Assembly (NCBI GenBank): GCA_040005235.1 | Contig: JBDTZG010000003.1 | Span: 1 to 64,000 of the forward strand | DNA: 64,000 bases | Source: Acidobacteriota bacterium | GTDB lineage: Bacteria; Acidobacteriota; Thermoanaerobaculia; Multivoradales; UBA5704 | Direction of reading: 5' to 3' | Shown: piece by piece, positions 28,051 to 36,859 of the stretch | How positions within the stretch are numbered: the first letter of the stretch is position 1 | How the letters are laid out: each line of letters opens with the position of its first letter | The notes under the pieces: generated by a model | Seen by the model: only the letters and a program-made list of their open reading frames with translations | Told to the model about the DNA's origin: nothing | The model's database searches: none | Made by a program: the position numbers and the translations under genes

Positions 28051-28540
28051 CGGAATAGGTGCCAGCCTATTGGAGACAAAGTCCGAACCGCGTGCGGCGA
28101 ACGAGAGTCAGACGACCGCTCTCGGCCGGAATCTTCGGCCGGCAGAGCGAGTTGAAGCCGGCTTTTCGGTGGAAATCACTTCGGGATCGAAGCGCGCGGG
28201 TCTTCGGAGCGACGAGCCAAAGCGTCGGAGCAACGATCCTCGGTCGGCGGAGCAACCAATTGGAACTTCGGGCGTGCTTCCTTCGGATTGACGGGCAGGC
28301 GGTATTTACGTCGCCGACCCAATCGCCAACCGGCCCGCTCGGACAAACGGCAGACCGGGAGGGAAGCTCCCGCGGGGAAACCGAGCCAGCCGTTCGCCGG
28401 CCTTCAGGTACTCCGGCGCTTCCCTGAAGGCCCTCACAAACCAGCGGTAGGCGACCTTGATCTCGGTCCGGTCCGAACCCGCTTGCTGGCGGCGTGGACC
28501 CGCGGCGCAGGTGACTTCTTGGTCTTCGCCGGCTGAGGAA
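28051..28540 (-). mobile_element. Second copy of the RAYT 3' end and flank (truncated)
   Basis: Closely similar to ~18429-18908, including the motif and the C-terminal ARFPRGSFPPGLPFVRAGRLAIG. Confidence 0.9.
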
Positions 28541-28611
28541 GGGTGCCAGTCCAACCCGAGGGCTCGATTTCTGTTTGTCTCCCAGCGAGCCCGGCGTACA
28601 ATTACCCCACT

Positions 28612-28848
28612 ATGAGCCAACCGCTAAGAGTCCCTCCGGGGTTCGACGACTTGCCGATCGGCGAGCAGATCGACTATGTCCAGGCTCTGTGGGGTCGGAT
28701 CGCCCAACGTGAGGATCAGATTCCCGTGCCAGACTGGCACCGAGAGGTGATCGCAGAGCAGCTCGAAGAATACCGAGCGGATCCCGAAGCCGGGCGCCCG
28801 TGGGAAGAGATCGAAGCAGAGCTGCAGCGGATCGACCCCGTCCGCTGA
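28612..28848 (+). CDS. Addiction-module antitoxin (TIGR02574-like)
   Basis: LPIGEQIDYVQALW...PDWHREVI...GRPWEEI. Confidence 0.85.
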   Translation: MSQPLRVPPGFDDLPIGEQIDYVQALWGRIAQREDQIPVPDWHREVIAEQLEEYRADPEAGRPWEEIEAELQRIDPVR

Positions 28849-29084
28849 TGCTTCTGATCCTACGCCCCAGAGCGGAGTCCAACGTCAAGGCCGCCCGAGG
28901 CTGGTACGAGTCGGAGCGTCCAGGCTTGGGAGATCGATTCGTCCTCGATCTCAGCGAGAGTTAACAACGGATTCGGGGCAACCCTCTTCAATATCCGGAC
29001 ATCGGCGGCGCCCGACGATGTCTCCTCCGTAAGTTTCCCTATTCGATTTACTACGTCCAACCGAGAGACGATCGAGTGATCGTC
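28848..29084 (+). pseudogene. RelE/ParE toxin with premature stop and truncation
   Basis: MLLILRPRAE...WYESERPGLGDRF...S*QRIRGNPLQYP...RRCLLRKFPYSIYY; TAA at 28962-28964. Confidence 0.82.
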
Positions 29085-29475
29085 CCGCATCGATCTGGAA
29101 AGAGTGCGCGCTTTCGTCCATGAGTTCGCACAGAGCCTCCAGGATCTTCTTACTTGGCCTCTTGGCCATGGGCCACATAGTAACTTCGGACACGAACCCA
29201 GCAGTTCCGAGCGAGCTCGGCGTCACGACGGCGAACATCGTTTTCGGGAGGAGGCCAGCCGTGCATCGTGCCGAACAGGTCCATCAGCTCCAAGGCACCT
29301 CGGACGGAGACGGCCGAATCAGGCCCCGCTTGGCGGCGCTCCTCTCGCTCTTGGACTTCCACGGCCTGCCACCCGGCGACCATCCGGTGCAGGCTCCCAG
29401 GAAGATCTGTAGTTTTGGAGGGCCGGACGGTCTTCATCGCGAAAGCCTAGCATGGGCTTGCTTCGGACCCCGGGA
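29085..29475 (-). repeat. Rearranged duplicate of the NTase/partner locus
   Basis: 29132-29475 nearly identical to ~22915-23261; 29085-29134 is the reverse complement of ~22430-22479. Confidence 0.9.
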
Positions 29476-29649
29476 ATAGGTGGTGCAGTCACCTGCACGA
29501 AAATACTCGGCCACCTCTCGGAAAGTCCGGACGAACCAGGTGTAGGCGATCTTCAGCTCCGGCGAGGAGAGCGGTGACGCAGTGGACCCCTGGCCCGCGT
29601 TAGGTGCTGCCCAGCCAGGTCCATTCGCGGCCCAACCGGACCCGAAGGG

Positions 29650-29868
29650 GTAGAGACGCCCAGTACCCAGCCACGGTCTTGTCCGGGTGCTGGCTGCCGG
29701 GGCGTCTCCAGCGCACCAACGACCACCGGCGCCACAGACAACGACACACCACGGACAGACAGGGGGCACCCGTTCGGGGACCCTTCGGCGGCCATCGTGG
29801 TAGACCGGAGACGCCCCGACGGCCAGCACCCGGATAGGTTTGTGGTTGGGTACTGGGGGCGTCTCTAC
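29650..29868. repeat. GTAG-initiated long hairpin (REPIN-like)
   Basis: GTAGAGACGCCCAGTACCCAGCCAC pairs with GTGGTTGGGTACTGGGGGCGTCTCTAC; inner TCCGGGTGCTGGCTGCCGGGGGCGTCTCC pairs with GGAGACGCCCCGACGGCCAGCACCCGGA. Confidence 0.8.
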
Positions 29869-30081
29869 TCTCTGCGCCGGGCGATCACGCGGAAGGCGGC
29901 GCCGACTGCTTACCGGCCGAGCCATCGGCTCATCCGGGTTTGCGTCGGCGGCCAGGGCGACCGGAAGCTGCGGGCCGCGCCGAGGGGCTCGATTCCGGTC
30001 GCCTCCCGCCGGACGATGATCGCGTCGACCAACCCGGCGATCCGCTCGCGAGCCACGATCCCCATCCACCGAGTCGCGAGA

Positions 30082-30612
30082 TCAAACAGGTACGTAGGTC
30101 AACCGGATCACATCCTCGGCAATCCGGTCATGAGTTATAAGTCGGAGCGGCGGCCGGGGTCCGGCGAAATAGGGTTTGCCTTGACCCAGCACGACGGGGT
30201 GCAGGTAGATTCGATACTCATCGATCAGGCCAAGTTCGGTGAGGCTTTGCGCCAAGGCCGGGCCAGCAACTTCGATCTCCCCGTCGCGCTCGGCCTTCAG
30301 CTCGCGGATCGCGCCCTCAAGATCATCCTCAACAAGCCTGGCGTTGGGGCCGACCGACTTCAACGAGCGCGAGACGACCCATTTCGGCTGGTTCCGCCAC
30401 GCCGCCGCGAAGGCGTGTTCGTCTGCATTCCATTCAGGATGATCGTCATCCCAGTAACGCATGACCTCATACATTTGGCGACCGTAGACACTGCCCGCCA
30501 GCCCCTGAGCCTCCTCGATAAAGTGGCGGAAGAGCGTGGGACTCGGCCCAAACGCCGTATGGTCGACGTAGCCGTCGAGGGACTGGTTCATTCCGAACAC
30601 GAGCTTAGCCAT
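30082..30612 (-). CDS. Dihydrofolate reductase family (RibD C-terminal) protein
   Basis: MNQSLDGYVD, YGRQMYE, GLIDEYRIYLHPVVLGQGKPYF. Confidence 0.9.
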   Translation of the reverse strand: MAKLVFGMNQSLDGYVDHTAFGPSPTLFRHFIEEAQGLAGSVYGRQMYEVMRYWDDDHPEWNADEHAFAAAWRNQPKWVVSRSLKSVGPNARLVEDDLEGAIRELKAERDGEIEVAGPALAQSLTELGLIDEYRIYLHPVVLGQGKPYFAGPRPPLRLITHDRIAEDVIRLTYVPV

Positions 30613-30674
30613 ATCCACTTCCTTTCTTCACCGCTCCCCTCGCTACGCCGCGCGATCGGCGTCTGGAGCGAGGG

Positions 30675-31145
30675 TTAGTAGGCAGCACAGGCGTATTCAT
30701 AGCCCTGCTCTTTGAGCTGCTGACGCAGCTTTTCGTCTTTGGCGAACATTGCGCAAGTGGTGAAGTACCCAACCAGCGTTCCGCCTTGGTTGTATCCCCA
30801 ATCTGAAATCTGGTCTCGGGTGAAGCTGACTTCTTGTCCCAATTTTAATCCCGGGATCCATTGAGGTTCGCTCTTCAGGGTTCCCTGGAAAGCTCCGCGT
30901 GCGCCTTGCCGGAAGGGCGTAACCCACATGTGCTCCTGCGCTGTCCCGTGCTCAAATCGCACCTTCACGACGAAGCCAGAAATTCCATCTGGGGCCTTGT
31001 TCTTGACGGCTAGAAAGTCGTCCAGGGTCTGACGAGCTCGCAAGATCGCGGAATTCATCTCGGGATCTGAACCGGGAACAAGCGTGCCCTTGTCCGCGGC
31101 GCAGGCTGCCATCGAGAACGCGAGAAGGATAATGAATTTGCGCAT
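30675..31145 (-). CDS. DUF2314 (YegJ-like) lipoprotein
   Basis: Lipobox MAAC; DPEMNSAILRARQTL, EHMWV, ISDWGY, GYFT. Confidence 0.85.
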   Translation of the reverse strand: MRKFIILLAFSMAACAADKGTLVPGSDPEMNSAILRARQTLDDFLAVKNKAPDGISGFVVKVRFEHGTAQEHMWVTPFRQGARGAFQGTLKSEPQWIPGLKLGQEVSFTRDQISDWGYNQGGTLVGYFTTCAMFAKDEKLRQQLKEQGYEYACAAY

Positions 31146-31150
31146 GGCTG

Positions 31151-31305
31151 GACCGACACGACCCGCCGCTCGCCCCCCTGCCTGAGCAGGACTGGCTCGT
31201 GCCCAATAACATCTTCCCTCTTCGGTCGGCATACGGCGCACCCCTTCTCTGCGATTGACTTGCACTATTAGGCCCTAGCTCAGAGGCGTCGTCAACAGGG
31301 TAAAC
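31151..31305 (-). repeat. ~150-bp shared upstream leader, copy 1
   Basis: Aligns with ~32069-32220 (CTTCGGTCGGCATACGGC..CCCCTTCTC.GCGATTGACTTGCA.TATTAG). Confidence 0.8.
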
Positions 31306-31378
31306 AGCCTGCTCGAATAAGGGGTTTACCGCGGAGCTGCGCCGCAGGTTTGGGTGGCACCTCTCTGCAAGCGCATGA

Positions 31379-32077
31379 TTAGGCCGTCAGCTTCTCATTG
31401 TTGAAATGTGAGTATGTAGTTACCAGCGCGATCGCCGCAAAGGCAACAGCAACGTCGGCGATAACCTGGATCGCTGCGTCGATGAGCCAGTGATCGAGTC
31501 CAGGAACGAATGCCGTCGCCACAATCAACACGGTCGGCAAGATGAACAAGAACAGCAAAGCTAGTCCGAGTCGGATTACCAGCCAGAAGCGTCCTTCCGT
31601 CAGCTCAAAACTGCGGCGCATCGCTGCTGACCCAGAAATCCGCTCTTGGACTGCCACAGGCTCAACGAGGGAAAGGCGCACCATCAAATACAGGCCAGGA
31701 ACGATGAGCAAGAGCAAGCCGACCACAATCGTCAACTGATAGAGAAGCCGAGTCCACCACATCCGACCCCATGAACTGAAGCCGGCTGCGAGTGCGCTCC
31801 GAAATGTCGCTCTCTGCCCAGCCAGTGCCTCCTGTCCGATGAAAATGACACCGGCCGTGGCGATGATGCCGAAGAAATCGTAGAGGAACTTTGCGAATTT
31901 CCATGACTTTCGGATGTCATCTCCGCCGAATACGAATGCGTCCATGTAGCTGCTGAGACATTCGAGAGGTACCCACACCGCCACCACAACCGCCAAGATC
32001 ACCGGAAACTGTTGACGGTAAGTCAACCAGGATTGTTTAAGAAGGGTGCGCAGCTCTGATCTATGTGTGACCGGCAC
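31379..32077 (-). CDS. Integral membrane protein (glycerophosphoryl diester phosphodiesterase anchor-like); start uncertain
   Basis: GLLLLIVPGLYLMVRLSL...AMRRSFELTEGRFW. Confidence 0.75.
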   Translation of the reverse strand: MPVTHRSELRTLLKQSWLTYRQQFPVILAVVVAVWVPLECLSSYMDAFVFGGDDIRKSWKFAKFLYDFFGIIATAGVIFIGQEALAGQRATFRSALAAGFSSWGRMWWTRLLYQLTIVVGLLLLIVPGLYLMVRLSLVEPVAVQERISGSAAMRRSFELTEGRFWLVIRLGLALLFLFILPTVLIVATAFVPGLDHWLIDAAIQVIADVAVAFAAIALVTTYSHFNNEKLTA

Positions 32078-32220
32078 GACCCACCGCTCGTCCGGCTGCT
32101 TTGGCGTTAATGGCTCGCGCCCAGGAACATCTGTCCCTTCGGTCGGCATACGGCTATCCCCTTCTCCGCGATTGACTTGCAGTATTAGACCTGGTTCAGA
32201 AGCCGTCGCCAACAGTGTAG
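32069..32220 (-). repeat. ~150-bp shared upstream leader, copy 2
   Basis: Homologous to 31151-31305. Confidence 0.8.
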
Positions 32221-32355
32221 AAGACAACGCGGACGAGGAAAGCGTTTATAGGGACCCTGCCGTCCTGTAGGAGCCCGTGCCCGGAACCGGCAGCAACGTG
32301 CAGATCACCACCGCCGCGCGGCTCGGACCGCTCACCAGCCAGCGGGGCCTCCAAG

Positions 32356-32616
32356 TCACACTCGTCGATCCGGCCTCCCAGACTCAAGCGGAGTCAAGTT
32401 GGATTTCCAATCCGTGACCCCGTCGGAATCTCCTACGACCACCCTGTCGTCACTGTAGACGTACAATTCTTGTTCAAATGGCGCCGGTCCACCTGAAGAA
32501 TGAATAACGACCAAAGTGTTACCTGATGGCGGTGAATGCCGCGTTAGATTGGAGCATGCCATCGCAATGGACATCCCCGACGCGAGCGTGAGGACTACGA
32601 TTTTTTGAATGTACAT
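32356..32616 (-). pseudogene. Possibly truncated lipoprotein
   Basis: Lipobox-like AMAC, lower GC, runs into GC-rich sequence. Confidence 0.4.
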
Positions 32617-32666
32617 TGACGACCTCTCCCGTCGATTGAGGGAAAGCCTGGTATACAGTCCCGGCC

Positions 32667-33143
32667 ATGCGACCCTCCCCCACCGATGCACGTTTCGCCC
32701 TGCTGATTGTTTTCGCGTCGACCTACCTCTCCGCTTGTGCCACGACCCCGCCGACGAAACCGCAGCCGAGCAAGGGGGAAAACGTCGTCGCCGTCTCCGG
32801 ACCTCGGCTCGGGGTTCAGCAGATCGAACCGACTCAATGCACCTCGGGCGGTCGCTACCTTTTTCTGGGAGCCGATCTGATCGACGAACGCTCCGGCTTG
32901 TTCGTCCGTCTGGTGGTCGATCCCGTACACGGCGACGTGGTGCGGGTGTTCGACCCGAAGCACGACGACACCCGGTCGCTGATTCTCTCCCGCTCGGTCT
33001 GCACGAAGTTCGACAATCAACTGGAGTTCGGCGATTCGATGGTCAACGGCGTGCGCTCGATGAAGGTCAAGATCGCGCTCGACTGCCATACCCCCAGCGG
33101 AGACTTCGTCGTCGGCAACGCGTCGAGCGAGAGCTGTCTCTAG
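32667..33143 (+). CDS. Putative lipoprotein
   Basis: LSAC lipobox; Cys-containing mature part. Confidence 0.65.
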   Translation: MRPSPTDARFALLIVFASTYLSACATTPPTKPQPSKGENVVAVSGPRLGVQQIEPTQCTSGGRYLFLGADLIDERSGLFVRLVVDPVHGDVVRVFDPKHDDTRSLILSRSVCTKFDNQLEFGDSMVNGVRSMKVKIALDCHTPSGDFVVGNASSESCL

Positions 33144-33204
33144 CTCTCACTCCGGAGCGGCAAGCCCGCCCCGGGGCGAACGGCCCCAAGGGAGGAAGGA
33201 CTCG

Positions 33205-35136
33205 ATGGCCAGCGTGCTTGAGTACCGCCAACATCTGCTCCGGAGCTACCCGGATGTTTACACGTCGGCGGCGTTGGCGGCTCTCAAGGAGCTGGCACCG
33301 CTCGACCCCGAGCGCCGGGCGGTGATGTCGGCGCGGGTGGCGCGCCGGTTGGCGCGGGCGCGCGACCGCCGACGGATCGACTTCCTCAACCCAGACGCGC
33401 TCATCCCGCGGACTGAAGTGACCGTGCGCGACGCCCGCGCCGGCAACTTCCTCGGCGGCGACATTCCTACCGACCTCCGCCGCCAGTGGATCCAGGGCAC
33501 CGGCCCGGCGACCAAGCCGCACGCATCGGTCGCGAACGGCTTGCGCAACGTCGCCTATGCGCTCCTTTCGGGGGCCGACGGCTGGATGTTCGACGGCGAG
33601 GATGCGCTCGGCCAAGTCGCGACCATGGCGCTCGACAACCAGCGCAATCTGCGGCTCGCGATCGCTCGCGATCCGCAGTTCCTGGCGGTGGCTGAGGAAG
33701 TGGCGGCGGAGATGAACCGCTGGTCGGCCGGCTTCTTCGGTCGACCGATCGTCGCCGACCGGAACCGCCAGCTCGATGTCACGACGCCGATCTTTCGCGC
33801 CCGCGGCCTTCACCTCGACGATCGGCACGTGCGCTGGAACACCGGGCAGGGCTTCTCGGCCTCCCTCGTTGACCTCGCCCTCTACGTCGTCAACAACCAG
33901 GAGCGGCTGCGCGCCGAGGGCCGGTCGATCGTCCTCTATCTGCCGAAGATCCAGACGGCGGAGGAGGCCGCCCTATGGAACGCGATGCTCGTCGCTTTGG
34001 AAGGGCACCTGGGGCTCCCGGTCGGCACGATCAAAACCTATGTTCTGGTCGAACAGCTGGAGGCGAGCTTCCAGTTGATGGAGATCCGCGCGGCCCTGGC
34101 GCCGCATTTTGTCGGCTTCAACACCGGGCGTTGGGACTACATCAATAGCGTCGCCGACGCTCTGGCCTGGGACGCCGAATTCGTCAACCCGAACATCGAC
34201 GCCATCGGCATGACGTACGGCTACCTGCGGACCTACGAGGACCGCGTGCGGCGGGCGGTCAACACACCGGACCGAAACGGTCGCTGCGCGCTGTGGCAGG
34301 GCGGCATGGAGCCCAACATCCCCGTGGGCTCTGCGGCGGGGGTCGCCGCCGGTATGACGCGGGCGCTTGCAGGCGGCGAACGTGAGCAGCGGGCGGGAGC
34401 GAGCGGCAAGTGGGTGGCGCACTGGAAGATGGTGCACATCGTGCGGCCGGTTTGGAAGCGGGTGGGTGAGGACAACCAGCTCGGTCGAGCCTTCCCGGCA
34501 CTTACCTATACACCTGAGGACGCCGCGGGTCTGACGGTGCTGGAGCCGGCGCCGCGCACCGTGCGGGGAGCCCGCGATCTCCTGAGCGTGGCCCTCCAAT
34601 ACGGCAACGCGTTCGCGCAGGGATTCCAGGCCGCCGCACTCAAACCGGCCGACTTCTTCGGCAACGACGACATCCTCTACCTGATGGAGGATATGGCGAC
34701 CGGCGAGATCCGGTTGAGCATCCTCTGGGAGTGGCTGCACAAGCAGGCCCGCTTCACGTCGGACGACGCCGTGGTCGGCGTCAGGGCTCACGATCCCTTC
34801 ACGCCGGAGCTCTTCGCGCGGCTGCTCGACGAGGAGTACGCGAAGCTGCTGGGGGCCGGCGACCGCGATGTCCATGACGACTCGAAGGCGACGACGCTGC
34901 CCATCGCTCGCGCCATCGTCGAAGCCTACGTGACGACGCAAATCAAGGCGCCCTGGTACATCGACCTGCTCAATCTGAATCTCGACAACCATCAGCTCAA
35001 GATCGCCCGCGAACGAATCGTCCGTTACCTTGAGGCCTTCTCCGCCGACGGGACCCGACTCACCGAGAACCTCGATTTCACGGCGCCTCCCGGCGAACCT
35101 AATTCGCCAAGCTCTGGCCCGATGGAACCTGTCTGA
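33205..35136 (+). CDS. Malate synthase (divergent)
   Basis: ITGTGP-like QGTGPA, MFDGED, RARGLHLDD, YLPKIQTAEEA, GFNTGRWDY, GKWVAH, LMEDMATGEI. Confidence 0.85.
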   Translation: MASVLEYRQHLLRSYPDVYTSAALAALKELAPLDPERRAVMSARVARRLARARDRRRIDFLNPDALIPRTEVTVRDARAGNFLGGDIPTDLRRQWIQGTGPATKPHASVANGLRNVAYALLSGADGWMFDGEDALGQVATMALDNQRNLRLAIARDPQFLAVAEEVAAEMNRWSAGFFGRPIVADRNRQLDVTTPIFRARGLHLDDRHVRWNTGQGFSASLVDLALYVVNNQERLRAEGRSIVLYLPKIQTAEEAALWNAMLVALEGHLGLPVGTIKTYVLVEQLEASFQLMEIRAALAPHFVGFNTGRWDYINSVADALAWDAEFVNPNIDAIGMTYGYLRTYEDRVRRAVNTPDRNGRCALWQGGMEPNIPVGSAAGVAAGMTRALAGGEREQRAGASGKWVAHWKMVHIVRPVWKRVGEDNQLGRAFPALTYTPEDAAGLTVLEPAPRTVRGARDLLSVALQYGNAFAQGFQAAALKPADFFGNDDILYLMEDMATGEIRLSILWEWLHKQARFTSDDAVVGVRAHDPFTPELFARLLDEEYAKLLGAGDRDVHDDSKATTLPIARAIVEAYVTTQIKAPWYIDLLNLNLDNHQLKIARERIVRYLEAFSADGTRLTENLDFTAPPGEPNSPSSGPMEPV

Positions 35137-36619
35137 AATCTGAGGCGGCGGGCTCGGCCGCGTCCGGTGCGCGGCGGCGTAGCGCGAGCACGGCGAGCAC
35201 CACCATCAGCCCCTGCGGAAGCAGATTGACCAGCGCCTTGATCCGCGGGTCGACCGGCCAGTCGACCGCCCAGTAGATGTTGAGCGTTGCCCACGCGGCC
35301 AAAGTCCACCCGAGGACGCGCGGCCGCGGGACGTAGGTGGAGGCGAGCAACGTGAGCAGCCAGAGTGCAGGGAATACACCGTACGCGTTCGGCAGGAACG
35401 GGCTCCTCAGCGTGGCGAGGATCAGGATGGCAAGCCAGACCAGAGGCATCTCGGCCCGGGTCTGAGGACGCCGAGCCGCGAGCACCGTGGCCACCAGAGC
35501 GATTACGGTGTAGATCCACCCGATGATCTTCGCCGCCGCGAAGCCCATGCCCGGCACGCCGAAGAGCTTGAGCTTCCACGCCAACCCTGGCACCGACATG
35601 TTGATCGCAATCGCCGACGGGTTTCTGAAGGCGGGGAAGGCCTCGCCCCCGACCAGTCCGGGGAGGTGGTCGAGGAAGGAGGAGAACGGCGCCCACCCGA
35701 GGTCGGCCAGAGTGAGAACTGAGAGCGCGGCGCCCATCGCCGCCGTCCAGGCCGCTGCGCGCCATTGGCGCCTGGCCAGAAGGTAGAAGCACAGGAGACC
35801 CGGATAGAGCTTGCTGACCGTCGCGAAACCCAACAAGAGGCCGCCGCTCGCGAAGCGGCGGCGCTCGAAGAGGACCATGGCGACCATCGAAATCGCGATG
35901 ATCACGCCATGCACGTTTCCCTTCTGCAACATGCTGAGGGTGGGCACCGCCGCCCAGACGAGCGGCGACAGCAACAGGGCACGCGTCCCGGCGGCCGGAC
36001 CGACGAATCGGGCCACGAGGAGAAGAGCGAGCAAGATTACCCCGCCTTCGAGCGCAAACCAGAGCATGCGCTGATCGAGGAACGCGGGAGCGAGCAGCTG
36101 CAGGCCGCGCGGCAGAAGCAGAAACTGCGGTGGATACTCGAAAACGTCGATCTTGAAGGGTCCGATCGAACGCGCCTTGCGGATCGCCGTCGGATCGTCG
36201 TTCGGCAGGTTGTAGAGCCTCTCGTCGTAGACGTTCGGGTGGGCTCGGGCCGCTGCTCCGGCGACCACGTAGGCGGAAACGCACGAGTGCCGGACCTCCC
36301 AGTCGCTCGACGGGATGAGCGAGTAGGAGACCTGCGCCGGGTCAACGATGTAGACGGAAAGCCGCGCCACCAGGACGAGCGCGACGACGGCCCCCCCAGC
36401 CGCCAGGGCCTTGAGCCTCGCCGAGCAGGCGCCCTCATCGAGGGCGATCGCCGGGTGGCGGTACGTACCCCAACCAGTGACCGCCCCAACCGCGAGGGCG
36501 ATCAGACCGGCGGCCGGAATCGAGTGGGTGACCCCGAGAACCGCGGTGAACCCAAAGATTCCCACAGCTAGGGAAAGAGCGAGAGACACCGGCACTCGCA
36601 TCGGAGTTTCGTTTTGCAA
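35099..36619 (-). CDS. Glycosyltransferase family 87 (DUF2029) membrane protein
   Basis: FEYPPQFLLL, LQKGN, SKLYPG; many TM helices. Confidence 0.8.
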   Translation of the reverse strand: MQNETPMRVPVSLALSLAVGIFGFTAVLGVTHSIPAAGLIALAVGAVTGWGTYRHPAIALDEGACSARLKALAAGGAVVALVLVARLSVYIVDPAQVSYSLIPSSDWEVRHSCVSAYVVAGAAARAHPNVYDERLYNLPNDDPTAIRKARSIGPFKIDVFEYPPQFLLLPRGLQLLAPAFLDQRMLWFALEGGVILLALLLVARFVGPAAGTRALLLSPLVWAAVPTLSMLQKGNVHGVIIAISMVAMVLFERRRFASGGLLLGFATVSKLYPGLLCFYLLARRQWRAAAWTAAMGAALSVLTLADLGWAPFSSFLDHLPGLVGGEAFPAFRNPSAIAINMSVPGLAWKLKLFGVPGMGFAAAKIIGWIYTVIALVATVLAARRPQTRAEMPLVWLAILILATLRSPFLPNAYGVFPALWLLTLLASTYVPRPRVLGWTLAAWATLNIYWAVDWPVDPRIKALVNLLPQGLMVVLAVLALRRRAPDAAEPAASDFRQVPSGQSLAN

Positions 36620-36859
36620 TCAGGCCTCCCGGAGGCGTGCCAAATTCGCAACGCGCTTCCACGTTCGATCGACGTCAAGTCGCCACGGAGCAAGACCGTA
36701 GCGATTGCGGGATGTTACCGCGCCTTGCCTATTGGCACTCCGATTGCTCGTCTCTACCGTTTGGAGAGCGAGGACGGAGCGTCTCCGTTCTGCCATACCC
36801 CGGCTGAATTTAGCCGTAAGGTCCGCGGAGGACCGCCATTACGAGGGAAGCAGAGGTCG

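Noticed and set aside
33205-35136. Malate synthase without an adjacent isocitrate lyase
   Set aside because: Unlinked aceA and aceB genes are common, so nothing can be concluded from one window.
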